Of a stretch of 64,000 nt of DNA, positions 12,173-32,175 are shown one piece after another (position 1 is the stretch's first letter; every line of letters starts with the position of its first letter). The DNA lies in contig OZ316894.1 of the NCBI GenBank assembly GCA_973895155.1, positions 19,630,805-19,694,804 on the forward strand, read 5' to 3'. Made by a program: the position numbers and the translations under genes. Under the pieces are notes generated by a model. That model saw only the letters and a list, made by a program, of their open reading frames with translations. It was not told the origin of the DNA and made no database searches. The DNA comes from Marsupella aquatica. Taxonomy: Eukaryota; Plantae; Marchantiophyta.

Positions 12173-15100
12173 TCCCTATTACACCCTTTGTGCCTCACCT
12201 GCCCAAGTGCTCTCTGCCTCTCATGTTGTGCAAGCCTGTGCCTTCCTTGCCCCCTTTGCAAAGGAGGCATGGGTACGTAGGGTGAGATGAAGGCACGGGC
12301 ACCAGGGAGGTGGACCTCCATGCCTGTCTGCCTGTGCCGCCGCCCCACCTCCCCCCCCCCCTCCTGCACCAGCCCACCTGGCCCTGGTCCACCCCCTCCT
12401 TGTGCGGGGAGGCGGGAGAGAAAGTAGAAGGGGAGGACAGGAGTGAGAGGGGATTATGAAGGAAAAGGAAAAATGTTGCATATATCACCTTGGCTGGACT
12501 GTGTGGTCTTGTTGCCAGTCTTGTGCACCCTAATGGTCCCCTATGCGCCCTCCCCAAATCAACAATATCATTTTCATAATAATAACATCAACCAAATTGA
12601 TAACATTTTCACAACAACAACCACCCAACCAAAGTGATACACTTTTGCAAACATAATATGATAAGCAGATGATATGATCGGAATGATTGATAACACTTAT
12701 GTGTCTCACTTGCACTTCTTTGCCTCACCTCCACATTTCTGTGCAACTCATGGACATTGGGCTCGGCAACAACAACATGGCCGCAACAATAATTGTGCAA
12801 TGGATGCCCATAGGGCTAGTGGCATTATAATATTCTCAGTGCTTAGAATATTACAAAAAATGCATTGCAAATGCTTTTCCAAGTTTAACACTACCTGAAA
12901 CTGGGTCCCATAATCTCAGATTTTCAATAATTATTATTTATTACGGGAACCTGATCCTCCCTACCATACGGTTTCCAAATTCAGAGGAGGATGTGTTTCC
13001 TGGGAATTGAACTCTAATGTTTGAAAACAAGGTTGTCATAATAATCGTGGTATGGTGAGATTGTTTCAGTGTATCCCTTCTAAACATTTTTACTTCTAGT
13101 AAATGTCCAGTGTATCCAATCTAAGCTTTGTTTTTCTATCAAACCCTTAGCACATTTGTATTTTTGTAACTGAGGGTGTTCATAGTCATCAGTTGGAACT
13201 CCCTAGGTAGTCTGGCTTGGAGGTTATGAGATTTTGAACATCCAGCCTAGCTCAAAGGTTAGGAGACACTGTAGGTGGAAATTTTCCCAGTGAAAAGAAG
13301 GTCACAATACACTCAGGGTCTTGCCAACTAGTCAAGTGTTGACAGGCATCCACCCAAAAGCAAGCAAAAAATTAGCCTCCATCCTTGAGAGCAGAAATGT
13401 GGGGTTTAGGGTTTAGGGTTTAGCATTCTTAACTGAAGAGAGATCAGGGTAAGCAATGGATGCAAATTTACCAAAGTTACCAAAGATATTCACACCTTGA
13501 AATTACAGCATCAATTGCTTACACTTACAGCACGTTGCAGTCACTTTCTTGTAATTTCAAAATTGTGTAAGCATGGTCAAGCTTGACAATAGCCTACAAA
13601 ACAGTAGAGCTTGTGATGCATAGATTTGAAGTAATGAATGTACCCTCAAGAGTAAAAGACTCCAGCATCACAGGCCCTGCTATCATGGAGGAGCCAAATA
13701 TATGAACACAGTGCCAATGGACCAAAACCCCAAACTGGGAGACCGGATGCCAAAGGCAAAAACCAACCCAATAAAGGGAGAGAAGAGAAAATGCATGTCA
13801 ATGGCTTGGTTATTGCTAACTGCGAGGTTTGAGCATCACATTGGCAAGCTACCTCCTGCTTACAAGCCACAGAAGTTGGCCACTCTCATCACTGTGAAGT
13901 AATGCGACAATACATACATTACATACATAAAATAGAATTGTGACAGAAGCTAACAAACAAAGGGCCCCAACGTTTCCACTTGGCCTTGCCAGGACCAATA
14001 TCAACTATAACAGTCACAAATTCATTATTGGGCTGGGCAAGGCTGCCTTGCAAAATAGAGAACTGCAGTAATTACGTTGGAACAAGCTATAATTCCTCAG
14101 GAGGGTCCACATCACACACATATTGCTGAATTAGGATCCCAAAGCTTGCATGAGGTCTTTACAAAAACATGTATTTTCAACTAGGATGTTCAATTTGTAT
14201 TGCCTCACAAAGGTTTGAGGTAGTCTAGTCATAGGAAGTATATAAAATGTACAAAACCATAAAGCATGGGTTTTCCCTTGTGTACAATCTCCCTGAATTG
14301 AAGCCTAATTGGACTGTAACTAAACCCTGTTCTTCAATGTAGTACATATTGCGCCAATGAGTGAAATGTGACAAGAAAACTACAAAGGCAATTTTGGAAA
14401 TTTGCTGGTCTTTCAATTCTCATGAGATTTCACTATACTATGCTCATTGGAAAGATCTTTCCAAGCTCTTTCTAACTAACCAAAAAACAGTCAGATTCCA
14501 TTGGAGATAGAGGGAGATACGGAATGTCAAAGTTAACCCCTCAAAAGCTTTTGGAAGCACAAAGTGTGAACACTATGTGATGGAGTAGTCTTGTGAAATT
14601 CATAACTCTCTCAGCTCCTCATGAAAACTAGAAATATTAAACCAGTTGAAAAGATCTTTCTAAGACACTTCTAACTAACACAAGAAGAGACTATTCAGTA
14701 GGATATCAAATCGAGACATTGAAGCTCAAAATTAGGTTTCGAAACTTCTTTGGAAAATGAGAAAAGTGTCACCCAATAAAGGTGTGTGACAGGTGTCATG
14801 GTCAATGGGGTTACATAGTGCATAGGCTCGGTCCATGGGAGCCTTCTTCCGCAATGCGCAGTGATTATTCCAATCACGTTGCTTTCGGTTAAGTCTGTGT
14901 TTGCCTTGTAAAGTTGTTCATACGTTCATGTCCAGAAATGTGAGCCTTTCTTCTTCAGTACAGTGCTGTAGGTTGCGATCGTTTCAACTCACACAACTTT
15001 GAAAAATTCCTTCCTTGCCGTTTCTATTCGGAAGGGGGAGCGTTCGTTGCTGTAGCTGCTGCGCATGCCAACGGATCGACAGTGATCTGAATTCTCCCCG

Positions 15101-15884
15101 TCCGGTCCTCTCAGGTCTTCCATTGATTTTCATCAGTCAAGCAGACAGACGACGTTTGACGGATCACGGATGGAATCAAACCGTGGAGGGGTTCAGCAAC
15201 GAGCTGTGGTCAGTTCTGCCGTAGGTTCAGCAGTCATTATTGCTCTTGCTGCAACACAGCAGATTACCGAGGAACAAAAGTTAGTGGACTAGTGGGTAGT
15301 ACAGTCGTTGGAAGTCGCTGCTGCTGGTGCTGCTGCCATGCGGCTGGGTCGATCTCCACTTCTCCAGCCTGCGGCTTTCCTTGTCGTTCCCCATCCAACA
15401 TCCACGAGTAGGAACAGCAGCGAGTGACAGCTTTGTAAGTTTATTTCCTTGCTCCTGATGTCCCGCAGGTGGCTTTCGTTGCTGTAACTCTTCGCTCTCT
15501 CGTCCACGTCCCTCCTCCACAGCAGATTGGAGCAGGTGACGGGCTCTACTGGGTTGTGGAGTACCCGGGATAGATCGTCGATCGACAGGTGGTCGTTTAC
15601 AGTCCAAACAAGTCGCACGAACCTTATGATACTCTCGAGGCTTTGGCTTAGTATAGTCAATCAGGAACCGGTTGTTGTTTGCGTCTAGATTGTATTGGAT
15701 TGGATTGGGCTGGGCTGGGCTGGGCTGGGCTGGGCTGGTATGGTAATGCTTCAATTTGGTTTGATTTTTCAGAACCAGGTCGGTTCGGGAAGCTCGCTTT
15801 CAAAGGAGGGACGTTCCAGTTCGGGTGTGGAGCTTGTGCGTGACGATTGATTGATTGATCGAGTCCAATCCCAGACACTCCAGG

Positions 15885-23082
<7,198 letters not shown>

Positions 23083-24786
23083 TACTGTTCTGGGGGTTGG
23101 AGTGCCTAGACGGAAGTCACCAGCCTAACCAAACACTCATCAAGTGAGTTGAGTCAACTGACTTCAGCGTGTTGGAAGCAGAGAAGGTTGTCCCACGCAT
23201 TAAAAATTCTCAGGACGTGGCCCTCCGTTATTATTACGAGTAGAGTTGCTAGGTAGGCCGGCATTGCACCCACAACAGGAGAATCCTGAGGTGCATCGAG
23301 GCTCTTTCTCTCTCTTAAGGACTGGACCCTTTAGAGCGTTGGAAATGAGTTCTGCACCAAGAATGGCAGAGCATCTTGCTCTGACGAAATTGTAAAGTAG
23401 CAAATACATAAAGAGTGGTAGGTCTTGAGATATTCACTATGCTGTGTGGATTCGTGCTCATCAGCCCAGAAATGTTCTTGATTTGATTAAAAAACTCACT
23501 AGAGGCAGGCATTGTGGTGTGGGGCCCAGCGAATGACACCCCTGAGACGTCCGAAAACGAAATTGTTTGCTCGATTTTCCAGTAGAAATGACGGTTGACC
23601 TTCCCTTGACTCGTCTGGAATTATTGAATTAACACTGACAATGGACGTGGAACAGACTAGAAATTGAGCAAGTAGTAAATTCACTATCCTCTTTTGATGA
23701 GCTGACTTCATAAGGAATAGTGACACGCTGCCGCCACAAGCAAGTTGCGATCAAATGGCGGGCGTCTTTTTGCACGAACCAATTGCTTTGGCAAGTCGCC
23801 AATACTTTAGCCACCAACTTGGTTACCAAACAACAGTACTTAATCCATTCGGCGTCAATTCAAAGTCGAATACCAGCTAAGTTCGACACGTATCTCAAAT
23901 TCACCGAACAGACATCATGTTTCAATGCCACTCGACAAAATAAACGTCCTGTTCACTCCCAGTTGACAAAAGCCTCTCGATACCTCCTATACTGGGTGCA
24001 TTGATAGGTGTAGAACTAACTTTCCGGAACGTAGCTCGACTTCAGTCTGGTGTCAGGTTCTCTAAAAAGAAACGCCCCCTTGATTCCGTAACCTTCTGGT
24101 GATGGTGGAGCTTGAAGAGAATGCAACTTGTCAACATTGAGTATGCTGCAGCATGCAGAATTCAAGTTCAGTGCATGGAGAGCTGCGTTTTTTGTATGTG
24201 GCCAAAATTCGCCCATCTCCAGCAGTCTTGGCCTGGAAGTTTAGTTTAATGCATGGGGAGCAGCCTTTTTTATTTGTCCAAAACTAGGCTAATTTGGCTT
24301 AATGCAAGGGGAGCAGCCTTTGTCCAGTGGCCAAAAACTAGGCAAGTTTCACCTCACTGAATGGTCTTGCTCACTGGCTAAGATTGGCGTTTTTTTTCTG
24401 TCTTGATTAGCTACTGTACTTTAGTTTCCCACCCAGCCAGAGAACCCACCAGCCAGATTCTGATGGCTGTCCAGAGCTAGGGAAGTAGGGAGATTACTGG
24501 CCACCAATGAATAAAAAGGTCAGATAAGAAGTATCCTTACCCCATTGAGAAGTCTTTGCCACTTTTGGAAATTGACTTCTGTTTTTGTCTTTGTTTAGCC
24601 AGTCCTCCACCTAGCCACAGACCCCACTGGCCAGAATCTAAGCTAGCTTTGAATATAGACAGAACTAATGGCCAAAACGTTATCCTTGAATATATAGGTA
24701 GAACTAATTGCCAAAAAGTACTGTACGAAAATGAGATCAGGATATAATTAATAGTTATCAGCTTCTCCTTCGTACAAGGTGACTGC

Positions 24787-24943
24787 CCACGTGGCGGAAA
24801 TTTTTAAAAAACTAATGGGGACATTCATAGAAGATGACTAACCACGTGGCGGAAAATTAAAAACCTAATGGGGAGATCACGAGATGATTGGCCACGTGGT
24901 GGGAAAGGAAAGAAACCTTTTAAAAACTAATGGGGAAATTCAC
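24787..24943. repeat. Three degenerate 50-55-bp tandem units each with CCACGTGG
   Basis: ccacgtgg...taatgggga repeated; CACGTG at 24788, 24843, 24893. Confidence 0.75.
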
Positions 24944-25189
24944 TTGTATCAGACACGGGTGCTGCCGTACATGGGTTGACCTCGAAATTCCATACATGCA
25001 TTTATTCCTTCAGCCACCTGCTTGTAACTTAATTAAAAGCACTGTGACACTGTTCATTGGTTCAGGTCACATTATGCAATGCCCACTATACCGGTCCCAC
25101 TATCATACTGAAATCTTTGAAAAGTTTACTATCTAGGCAGAAGACCATAAAGATCCAGGCTCGCTTGCATAGGTGAACTTACAACATAT

Positions 25190-25575
25190 AGGGTAGCTTT
25201 ACACCAAGTGGCGACAATATTTTCCTTTTATTCCCGTTAGATTAAATCTGGAAGTGACGAACAGAATATAATGAGTGCATATAATGAGTGCAAACAGTTG
25301 CGAGAGGTTTTACAAGAACTACAGTAGGGGCTGAGAATGGCTTTACACCAAGTACGGGCCAATTTCTCGTTTCTTTTTAGATTAACTCTTGACAAAATAT
25401 CATGAATGAAAATACCAGCCTTTACAAGACCTACTGTAGGCCCCACTTTCTTTAAAAGAACAAGGAGTGGCTTTGCACCAAGTTTGGGCCATTTGTTCTT
25501 TTTATTATCTGATTAAATCTTGGACAAAATATAATGAGTGTAAATAGCAGCCTTTACAATAAGTAGGGCCCACTA
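25190..25575. repeat. Three degenerate ~130-145-bp tandem units
   Basis: gcttt(a/g)caccaagt...gattaa...aatat(a/c)atga recurs three times. Confidence 0.65.
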
Positions 25576-25761
25576 TGATCTGTACTTATTCTACAGGCGG
25601 TTGGCTTTACAACAACTGCTAGTGTAGGGGCCCTGTCATAACATCCTAGGTGGTACTATAGTGTAACTATTGTACTAACTAGGTTTAGAGGTTTTCATAT
25701 GTGTGTTGTCTATGAACAACTAGCATTGATTCAACCACAACATTCAAGCTCCTATATTGGA

Positions 25762-26046
25762 CTCGGGAGTTAACTAAGTGTATATTTTGGAGTATGATGC
25801 TGCGATCCCAGCCTAATATAAATAGACTTATTTTATAAATAAAAAATTCCAAAAATATTCTTCATTTTCAATATGAATCATTTATTTTACTTTATAAAAT
25901 ATATATTATAGAATATTTTATAAATATGAGTTTATGATACCTTCTTTTGCCTCCTACGCTTTTTAAAATTTTAGTTTATTTATATTAAAAATACATATTT
26001 TGGATCGCACATGGTTCTTAACACTTTTGATAGTCAACCCCCCAAG
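25762..26046. mobile_element. MITE, CTCGGGGG-ended family A
   Basis: Ends ctcgggagttaac / gtcaaccccccaag; TSD atattgga at 25754-25761 and 26047-26054. Confidence 0.9.
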
Positions 26047-27522
26047 ATATTGGATGCCCTACAAGCCTTCTAGCAAGGCAAAGCTAAGCTGGTGTAATAA
26101 TAAAATCAAAGTAAACATATGCCTTCAGTCCAATCTTGCAAGATAATAAAAAGAGTTAAGATCCCTAATGAAGAGAATTAAAAATAGCCCAGCGCAAGTG
26201 TGCCCAAATCATTACTTCTACAAATGAAAAGCTAGGAAATGATTGCCTTGTTGGAGGGAATGTAAGACCATAAACCCTACAAAGAATTATACACTTAGTG
26301 AGCTAAGTCTTGATTGATCTTACCTCAAAATGTTGTTGTAATTCCAATAGCTAATCTTAGATATCTCCGACCTTGACTTTACCTTGATTAGATATTGTCT
26401 ATTTACAGAGCATCCACCTGATGTTCTCAACTATTCACAAAACGCATGTTACACCATGAAATATTAGAAATAACAATCATAAACTTTATATCTAATATAT
26501 CAACGTAGTTACTTGGCTATCTGTTCAATTCAAGGCCGATCAAGGGAAACCCAACAATGAGTTTATTTATTCATTCATATTCTGAACGTTCACTCCATGT
26601 AACGGAGTCTAGAGATGTTGGATGTCAACCACCAGCTTGTTTTGAGACCTGGCCTGTATGTTATAGTCTCCGTTTAATACAATTTTTTTACAATTAAAAA
26701 TATACGGGTCCACAACATTCTCCTAAGTTCTTCAACCTCGCAATTATCTGGTTATCCTACCACATTGCTGAAAGCTTAACTCATTGGAATACTAACTGAT
26801 TGGAATGAATTTATACAAAAAACTTGGATGAAGAGAAGTTAGAAAATTGCCTTGCAGGATCCCGTTGCAAAACCGTTTCAATCCGTGCTCCAAGGTCAAT
26901 TATTCTGTTATCCAATCTTGTTTCTATTGCTTTCATGTTCCTGGTTACTCTCCTCTTCAGGTCAATGAATCTGTTATCCAATTTTGTTTTCATTGCTTCC
27001 ATGTTCCTTGTTACTCTCCCCTACCAACGTTCAATGGCATCTACAACCCAGGGGTAAATTTCAAAATCTCACCAGTTCTCTTTGAATTGGTTCTTAGTGC
27101 ATTCTCTAGGGCAATAAAATCAGGAGGTAAACCTGCCATGCTAAAGCCATGTATCATAATTCAGATCAAAGACAAGTATTCCAGCATTCCAGCAAACCAA
27201 AGAAACCATCATTACACAAACTTTAATACCAATGTAAATGTCAAATTTGAATAGGACTCGTGCACATACAGACAAGTCTCTAAAGCTCAGATTTTTTTAA
27301 CTTTAGCAAAAACCTACCATAGTTGGAAGCAAGTTACCTGAGCTAGTTGCAAACCAATCAAACAATTCAGAGGGAAGAAAGTGCAATGGCTAGGACTGTG
27401 TGAGGACTTCTTCTCGGACAACAATCACCGGACTGCCACACATACATTCAATGAAACAGAAGGAGAAAACTAAATGTGATAGAAAATCTTGGACCTTGTG
27501 GCATGGGTGAAGGGATCAAAGC

Positions 27523-28601
27523 CTTGCGGGGTTGACTATCAAAAAATTTAGGAACCACATGCAATCCAAAATAGGTACTTTCAATAGGAATTTGCTATAA
27601 TATTAAAAAGCATAAAATGCAAAAGAAGGTGTTTTTATGCCATTGGATGAGTTTATAAAGTAAAATAGAGCACTTCATTATTTTTCATTTTAGGAAAAAG
27701 TAATTTACAAAATAGGTGTATTTTCCAAAACATATTACATGACAAATGTCACAATTTTATTGGTCCATCTTGCATTGTTCGATTAGTCCGCATATAAAAT
27801 GCCTTGAAAAATACATAATATATTTATTTAAATATATATATATGAATACTTCGTATAATGACATACTAGTTGCCCCGCATACTGCCAACCTTGGAGCAAG
27901 CGTTGGTAGGCGTGAGTAATTTTAAAATTTCATTTTAGGGTAATGTTGTGATAGCACCCTAAAGTAATAAGGGCAAAGAGTGGAGGCGGCTCATTTTCCA
28001 AAATTTGAGCTCAAATCTGGAAGTTTAATTCTTTCTGCAGGTATACAAGTTTTTTGATCTGGTACATATTTCTCATAAGTACCTAACTCAACATTATTTA
28101 TAACAAGGCTTGGTTGCTTATGTCCAAAGCTTATATTTTTAAGAAATTTAACCAAAATAGTAGATAACCTTCTATAGAAGATTAATTTTCAATTTCTTTG
28201 ATGCATTAGATTTATCTTTGATCTTCAACATCTTTCATGCAAGTTGTTGAAATTATTTGTTTTGTACATCAAGTATTCTATGTTGCAAAGTCACAATCTA
28301 TTGAGTTGAACCTTAGTTGAATTTTACATGTACCATTGATACATTTGTAAGTATCTGACATTGGACGGTTGATGTCTTGCGCGGTAGATGTGTTGGTTAA
28401 CAAAAAAAAATTGAAAACAAAATAGGTATGTTTATTTTCCAAAATAAAATTTTTTGAAGTTAAAATACCCCTCAATATATTGTCCCCCCAAAAATAAAAT
28501 AGATATATATTCCCCAAATTGCTAAGCAAAAATAGAGGTATTTTAATTAGGCTAGGATCGCATGTGGTACTAGCATATATATACTAGGTGAACCCCCCAA
28601 G
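27523..28601. mobile_element. Longer (1079 bp) non-autonomous member of family A
   Basis: Ends cttgcggggttgac / gtgaaccccccaag; same subterminal motifs; TSD atcaaagc at 27515-27522 and 28602-28609. Confidence 0.85.
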
Positions 28602-29618
28602 ATCAAAGCAAATCTCTCAAGAAGACCTAACAAGGTAGCCAACACATGCATCAGCTAAGGAATGAGTATTACTAGCTCAATGTGGACTGGGAGCGGAAAA
28701 GCTATCTTACCCTTGAAAATGATCATCAACAAAAGTGATTGGTATGATGACTGCCAGTAGCTCGAGATAGTCTGGGTAAGGAGCGACTTCCACTACTTTT
28801 GAACAATGCATTGCTTCTCCGTTTAAAGTGAATTTCTAAAATTTGAAAAAGTAACTTAACATAAGTCTAAAAGTCTCCATGAAATATACAAGCACAAAAT
28901 ATACAAACATATACAAACCCCAATAGAGAACAAAATCCAACTGCAAGCTTCGATGGTGAGACCCAACATGATAATGCAGGTAGGCCAAGACAAGCGACAG
29001 TACTGCAAATTAACAGACAATTGCAAAGCAAATCACAATATACCTAGGACATCGCCATCTCAAGATTATGTAGGGACTACAGCTCAAGCTTAGCGCAACT
29101 TTGTGCAATGTCAAACCCCCTAGAACTCAGGAAATCTTCAAACGCAAAGATCCCTTCCTTGCAAGCGCAGCAGCTCACGAGGGCTCACACAACTTACAGC
29201 TCCCGTAGAACTGCAAAATGATGTTAGAGAAGGTTCATCCTTCCATAGATTTCAAAGAGTCCGTGCATAGCTCCCGCAACAAGTTGGCCAACTTGGTGAA
29301 CTGCAATCTCATGTCCAAAGATCTCTATATGGCAAAATCACTGATTCCTCATAAATCATGAAAACCGAGACAGACTCCCTTCCAATTGTACAAAGCTAGA
29401 CGGGCTCTCCTTTCCACATAAATGATCTCCCAAAAGGTCAGGGTAACCTCATTTCCAAAGATTTGTGTGTAGAGTTTATTGAAAAATCAGCAATTTGGCC
29501 CAAACTGTACAAAGCTAGTTGGATTCTCCCTTCCACAGTCTAACCATCTCGCAAGAGGTTAATCTCATGTCCAAAGATCTCAGCGCAGAGTTTATGGAAA
29601 AACCAGAGTAAATTAGAC

Positions 29619-29769
29619 TGAACAAGACAACATCAACAACAGTGAACAATATCCATAGACTTCGACACTGATGGAACGTGGGTCACCCAGTCTGGGCTAC
29701 GTCCATGGTTGTGAGAGAAATCCAATAACATAATGCAATTATATCCAATCCACAGCCAACGTGCTAGAG

Positions 29770-29842
<73 letters not shown>

Positions 29843-30081
29843 GAGAATAACCTTCAAGCTCTCACCTCTCGCTCTCTCTCCTAGAGAGTAACCTTCAAGC
29901 TCTCACCCTCTCACTCTCTCTCCTTGAGAATAACCTTCAAGTGTGAGCACAATTTTGTGTTCCCCTTTGGTATACTCCCTCCCATGGTCCATGGGAACCT
30001 AGAACTCAAACAAGTGCTATCCTAGTGACCCGCTAAAGCCTAGCTAGTACTATGGAAGTAAATATATGGCATAACCTAACA
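29619..30081 (-). mobile_element. Possible old LTR remnant containing a (CT)n microsatellite (about 29775-29838)
   Basis: Shares the acgtg(g/a)-tcacc...ggctacgtcca motif with the two solo LTRs and ends in cctaaca; no TSD found, ends uncertain. Confidence 0.4.
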
Positions 30082-30887
30082 TGTGTCGTATGAGCAGTTA
30101 GGGTTCAATTTGTGTTTGTGAGGGATAGTTATCTCATTCTGGTGGCTCAAATGCCCCATCTTTTGATGTTGAGCCTCGAAGCACAAGCTCCATGGTTGAC
30201 CAGGTTGTGTGAGTATGAACATGGATTCCGTGAGTGCAAGGCCAGTATAATGAGTGGAAATATATGCTTCACATTAATAAGCCCGCTTTATGGTGTGTAC
30301 CTATTTTACATGGCCAGGAGCTGACCCAAGGACAATAGAATGTATGGAAACAACCACAGTGAGTTGGCTTCACAAGAAAGCATGTGTACCTATTGTACAT
30401 GGTAAGCAGTGGGCCCAAAGACAATAGTGAAAACAGTTGTAGTAGGCTTTACGAGAACTGGGGGCATTGTGGTGCATGGGTACCCATTCTACATGGCAAG
30501 AAATGCACCCAAGGACATTATACCTTTACAGCACTTGATTGGGGTGGTTCTCCATGACAAGAGTGGGTTCAAGTAAATGCAGATGTGGAGTGCTAATTTT
30601 TGTCAGCACAATTTTTTTCCAAAGTTTTGCTAAGTACTTTATTCAACGTACTAACTGCATTCATTGAACTTTACTTTAAAAACAAATGGGTCTCTATCCT
30701 ACAGCAAAAGTTGTCTATTTTTCTCTAGTGAAAGAAAGTCACTAGTGTCCCCACCCCTTGTAAAGCCACCCTCAACTCTCTCAAGTGGACTACTACCTTT
30801 CAGATCGCACCCATATCCATCTTCCATTGGTCTACTTGTGTGGCAGGGGGCCACAAAAGGCTAGGCTCCTTACAACACATTCAAAAA

Positions 30888-31562
30888 GCAACTGGCTTCT
30901 AAGGTCAGTTGGCCAGGGGGGTAGCCTAGAACCAAGAGATCCCACGTTCAATCCCCCTTCCACATGCAGGGGTGTGGAGGGTATGAAGGGGCGTGGATGG
31001 GTGTGTGTGTGGGTGTGTGTGGAGGGCTGGGGGCAAAGTGGTGCGAGTACTGGTTTTTCTTGGGCCCCTTACTGGTTTGCTTTAGGGCCCTGGTTTAACC
31101 CTCTCTCCCTCCTGTTGAGCATAGACGACGATCGCAACGGCAAGCCCATGAACCATCCAACTCACAATAGTCGACACAAGAGATACGTGGTTCACCTCCT
31201 TGAGGCTACGTCCACGGGAACACACAAGAGAGCTTTACTAAACTCTAAGCCCATCGGCTATACCGAGTCTCCACAGTGTAAGCTCTCCCTATCTCTCAAG
31301 TGGCTCCATAACAATGAGCCTTGGTTCTACCTCTCCAAGCACACATGCCTCTTATGATATAGTGTGCAACTTAGTTGTACCTAACCACATAGTTGTACCT
31401 AATCACGTAGTTATACCTAACCACATAGTTGTACCTAATCACGTAGTTGTACCTAACCACGTAGTTACACCAACCCACGTTGTTGTACCAACCACGTCAT
31501 ACCTAACCTAGACGTAAGAGTAAATATCCAACACCTCCTTGTATGGGTCCCATTGGATTCCT
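30888..31562 (+). mobile_element. tRNA-derived SINE, diverged, interrupted by a solo LTR
   Basis: A-box-like tggcttctaaggtcagttgg and B-box-like cgttcaatcc; colinear with the reverse complement of 57059-57394 on both sides of the LTR. Confidence 0.65.
31113..31533 (-). mobile_element. Solo LTR (TGTTG...CAACA), Copia-like, with internal 18-bp tandem repeat
   Basis: 5-bp TSD cctcc at 31108-31112 and 31534-31538; tagttgtacctaaccac repeated about 7 times at 31372-31510; homologous to 42125-42444. Strand inferred from the GTGGACGTAG/GTGAACCACGTA motif. Confidence 0.88.
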
Positions 31563-31941
31563 GGTATTATCCCCTTGTGGCTACACTATAGAGGTGCATT
31601 CTCCAAAGTAGATCACTTAATATCCTCTGCTGGATGGGCTACTTTCAGTCTCTAGGAAATAAATGTAGAAACTCTGTCAGGTCAGATGCCACTTTTGAGA
31701 TTGCACCCAGCTCCATGTCGTGACATATAGTATTGTAGCCATAGTGTATCGAAAACATACAAGTCACCGGCAATGCATATGTGCAAGCTGCTAGCAACCA
31801 ACATGCATAGAAAAAGTCCAATCACATTCATAAGTGCCAAGAAAAAGCAACTGAGGTGGTATGTACGTAGTGGAGGTGTAAACCTCTGTATCCCCCCAGA
31901 CCACAGCCAAAAGGAGGGCTAAAGAAAAGTCAGGTAGCATG

Positions 31942-32067
31942 TCAGGAAGGGCAAAACCATAACCCTTCTGGCACTTGGGTAAGTTCAGGCCGAAGGCAGA
32001 AAAGATGGTACCCTCCATTGCAATTGTCACATAGCAGCATCTGGTCAGCATCGTCAATTCGCAAACA
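31942..32067 (-). pseudogene. PHD finger at the integrase C-terminus (frameshifted, not in ORF track)
   Basis: Manual translation CLRIDDADQMLLCDNCNGGYHLFCLRPELTQVPEGLWFCPS*; C4HC3 spacing with the first Cys lost to an indel and the last replaced by TGA. Confidence 0.85.
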
Positions 32068-32175
32068 CAGGGTAGTCCACAGGTGGAATCCAAGTAGAAG
32101 TCACAATGGTGGGATCCAGGTTAGGCAGATGACAAGGGGCACAATTATTGGCATTGTCAGCAATTGTGCGCCCAT

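Noticed and set aside
13402-13423. Telomeric TTTAGGG repeats (also near 43865)
   Set aside because: Only two to three units; common interstitial telo-box-like motifs.
31314-31511. HIVVPN hexapeptide-repeat protein
   Set aside because: Translation of the 18-bp tandem repeat inside a solo LTR.
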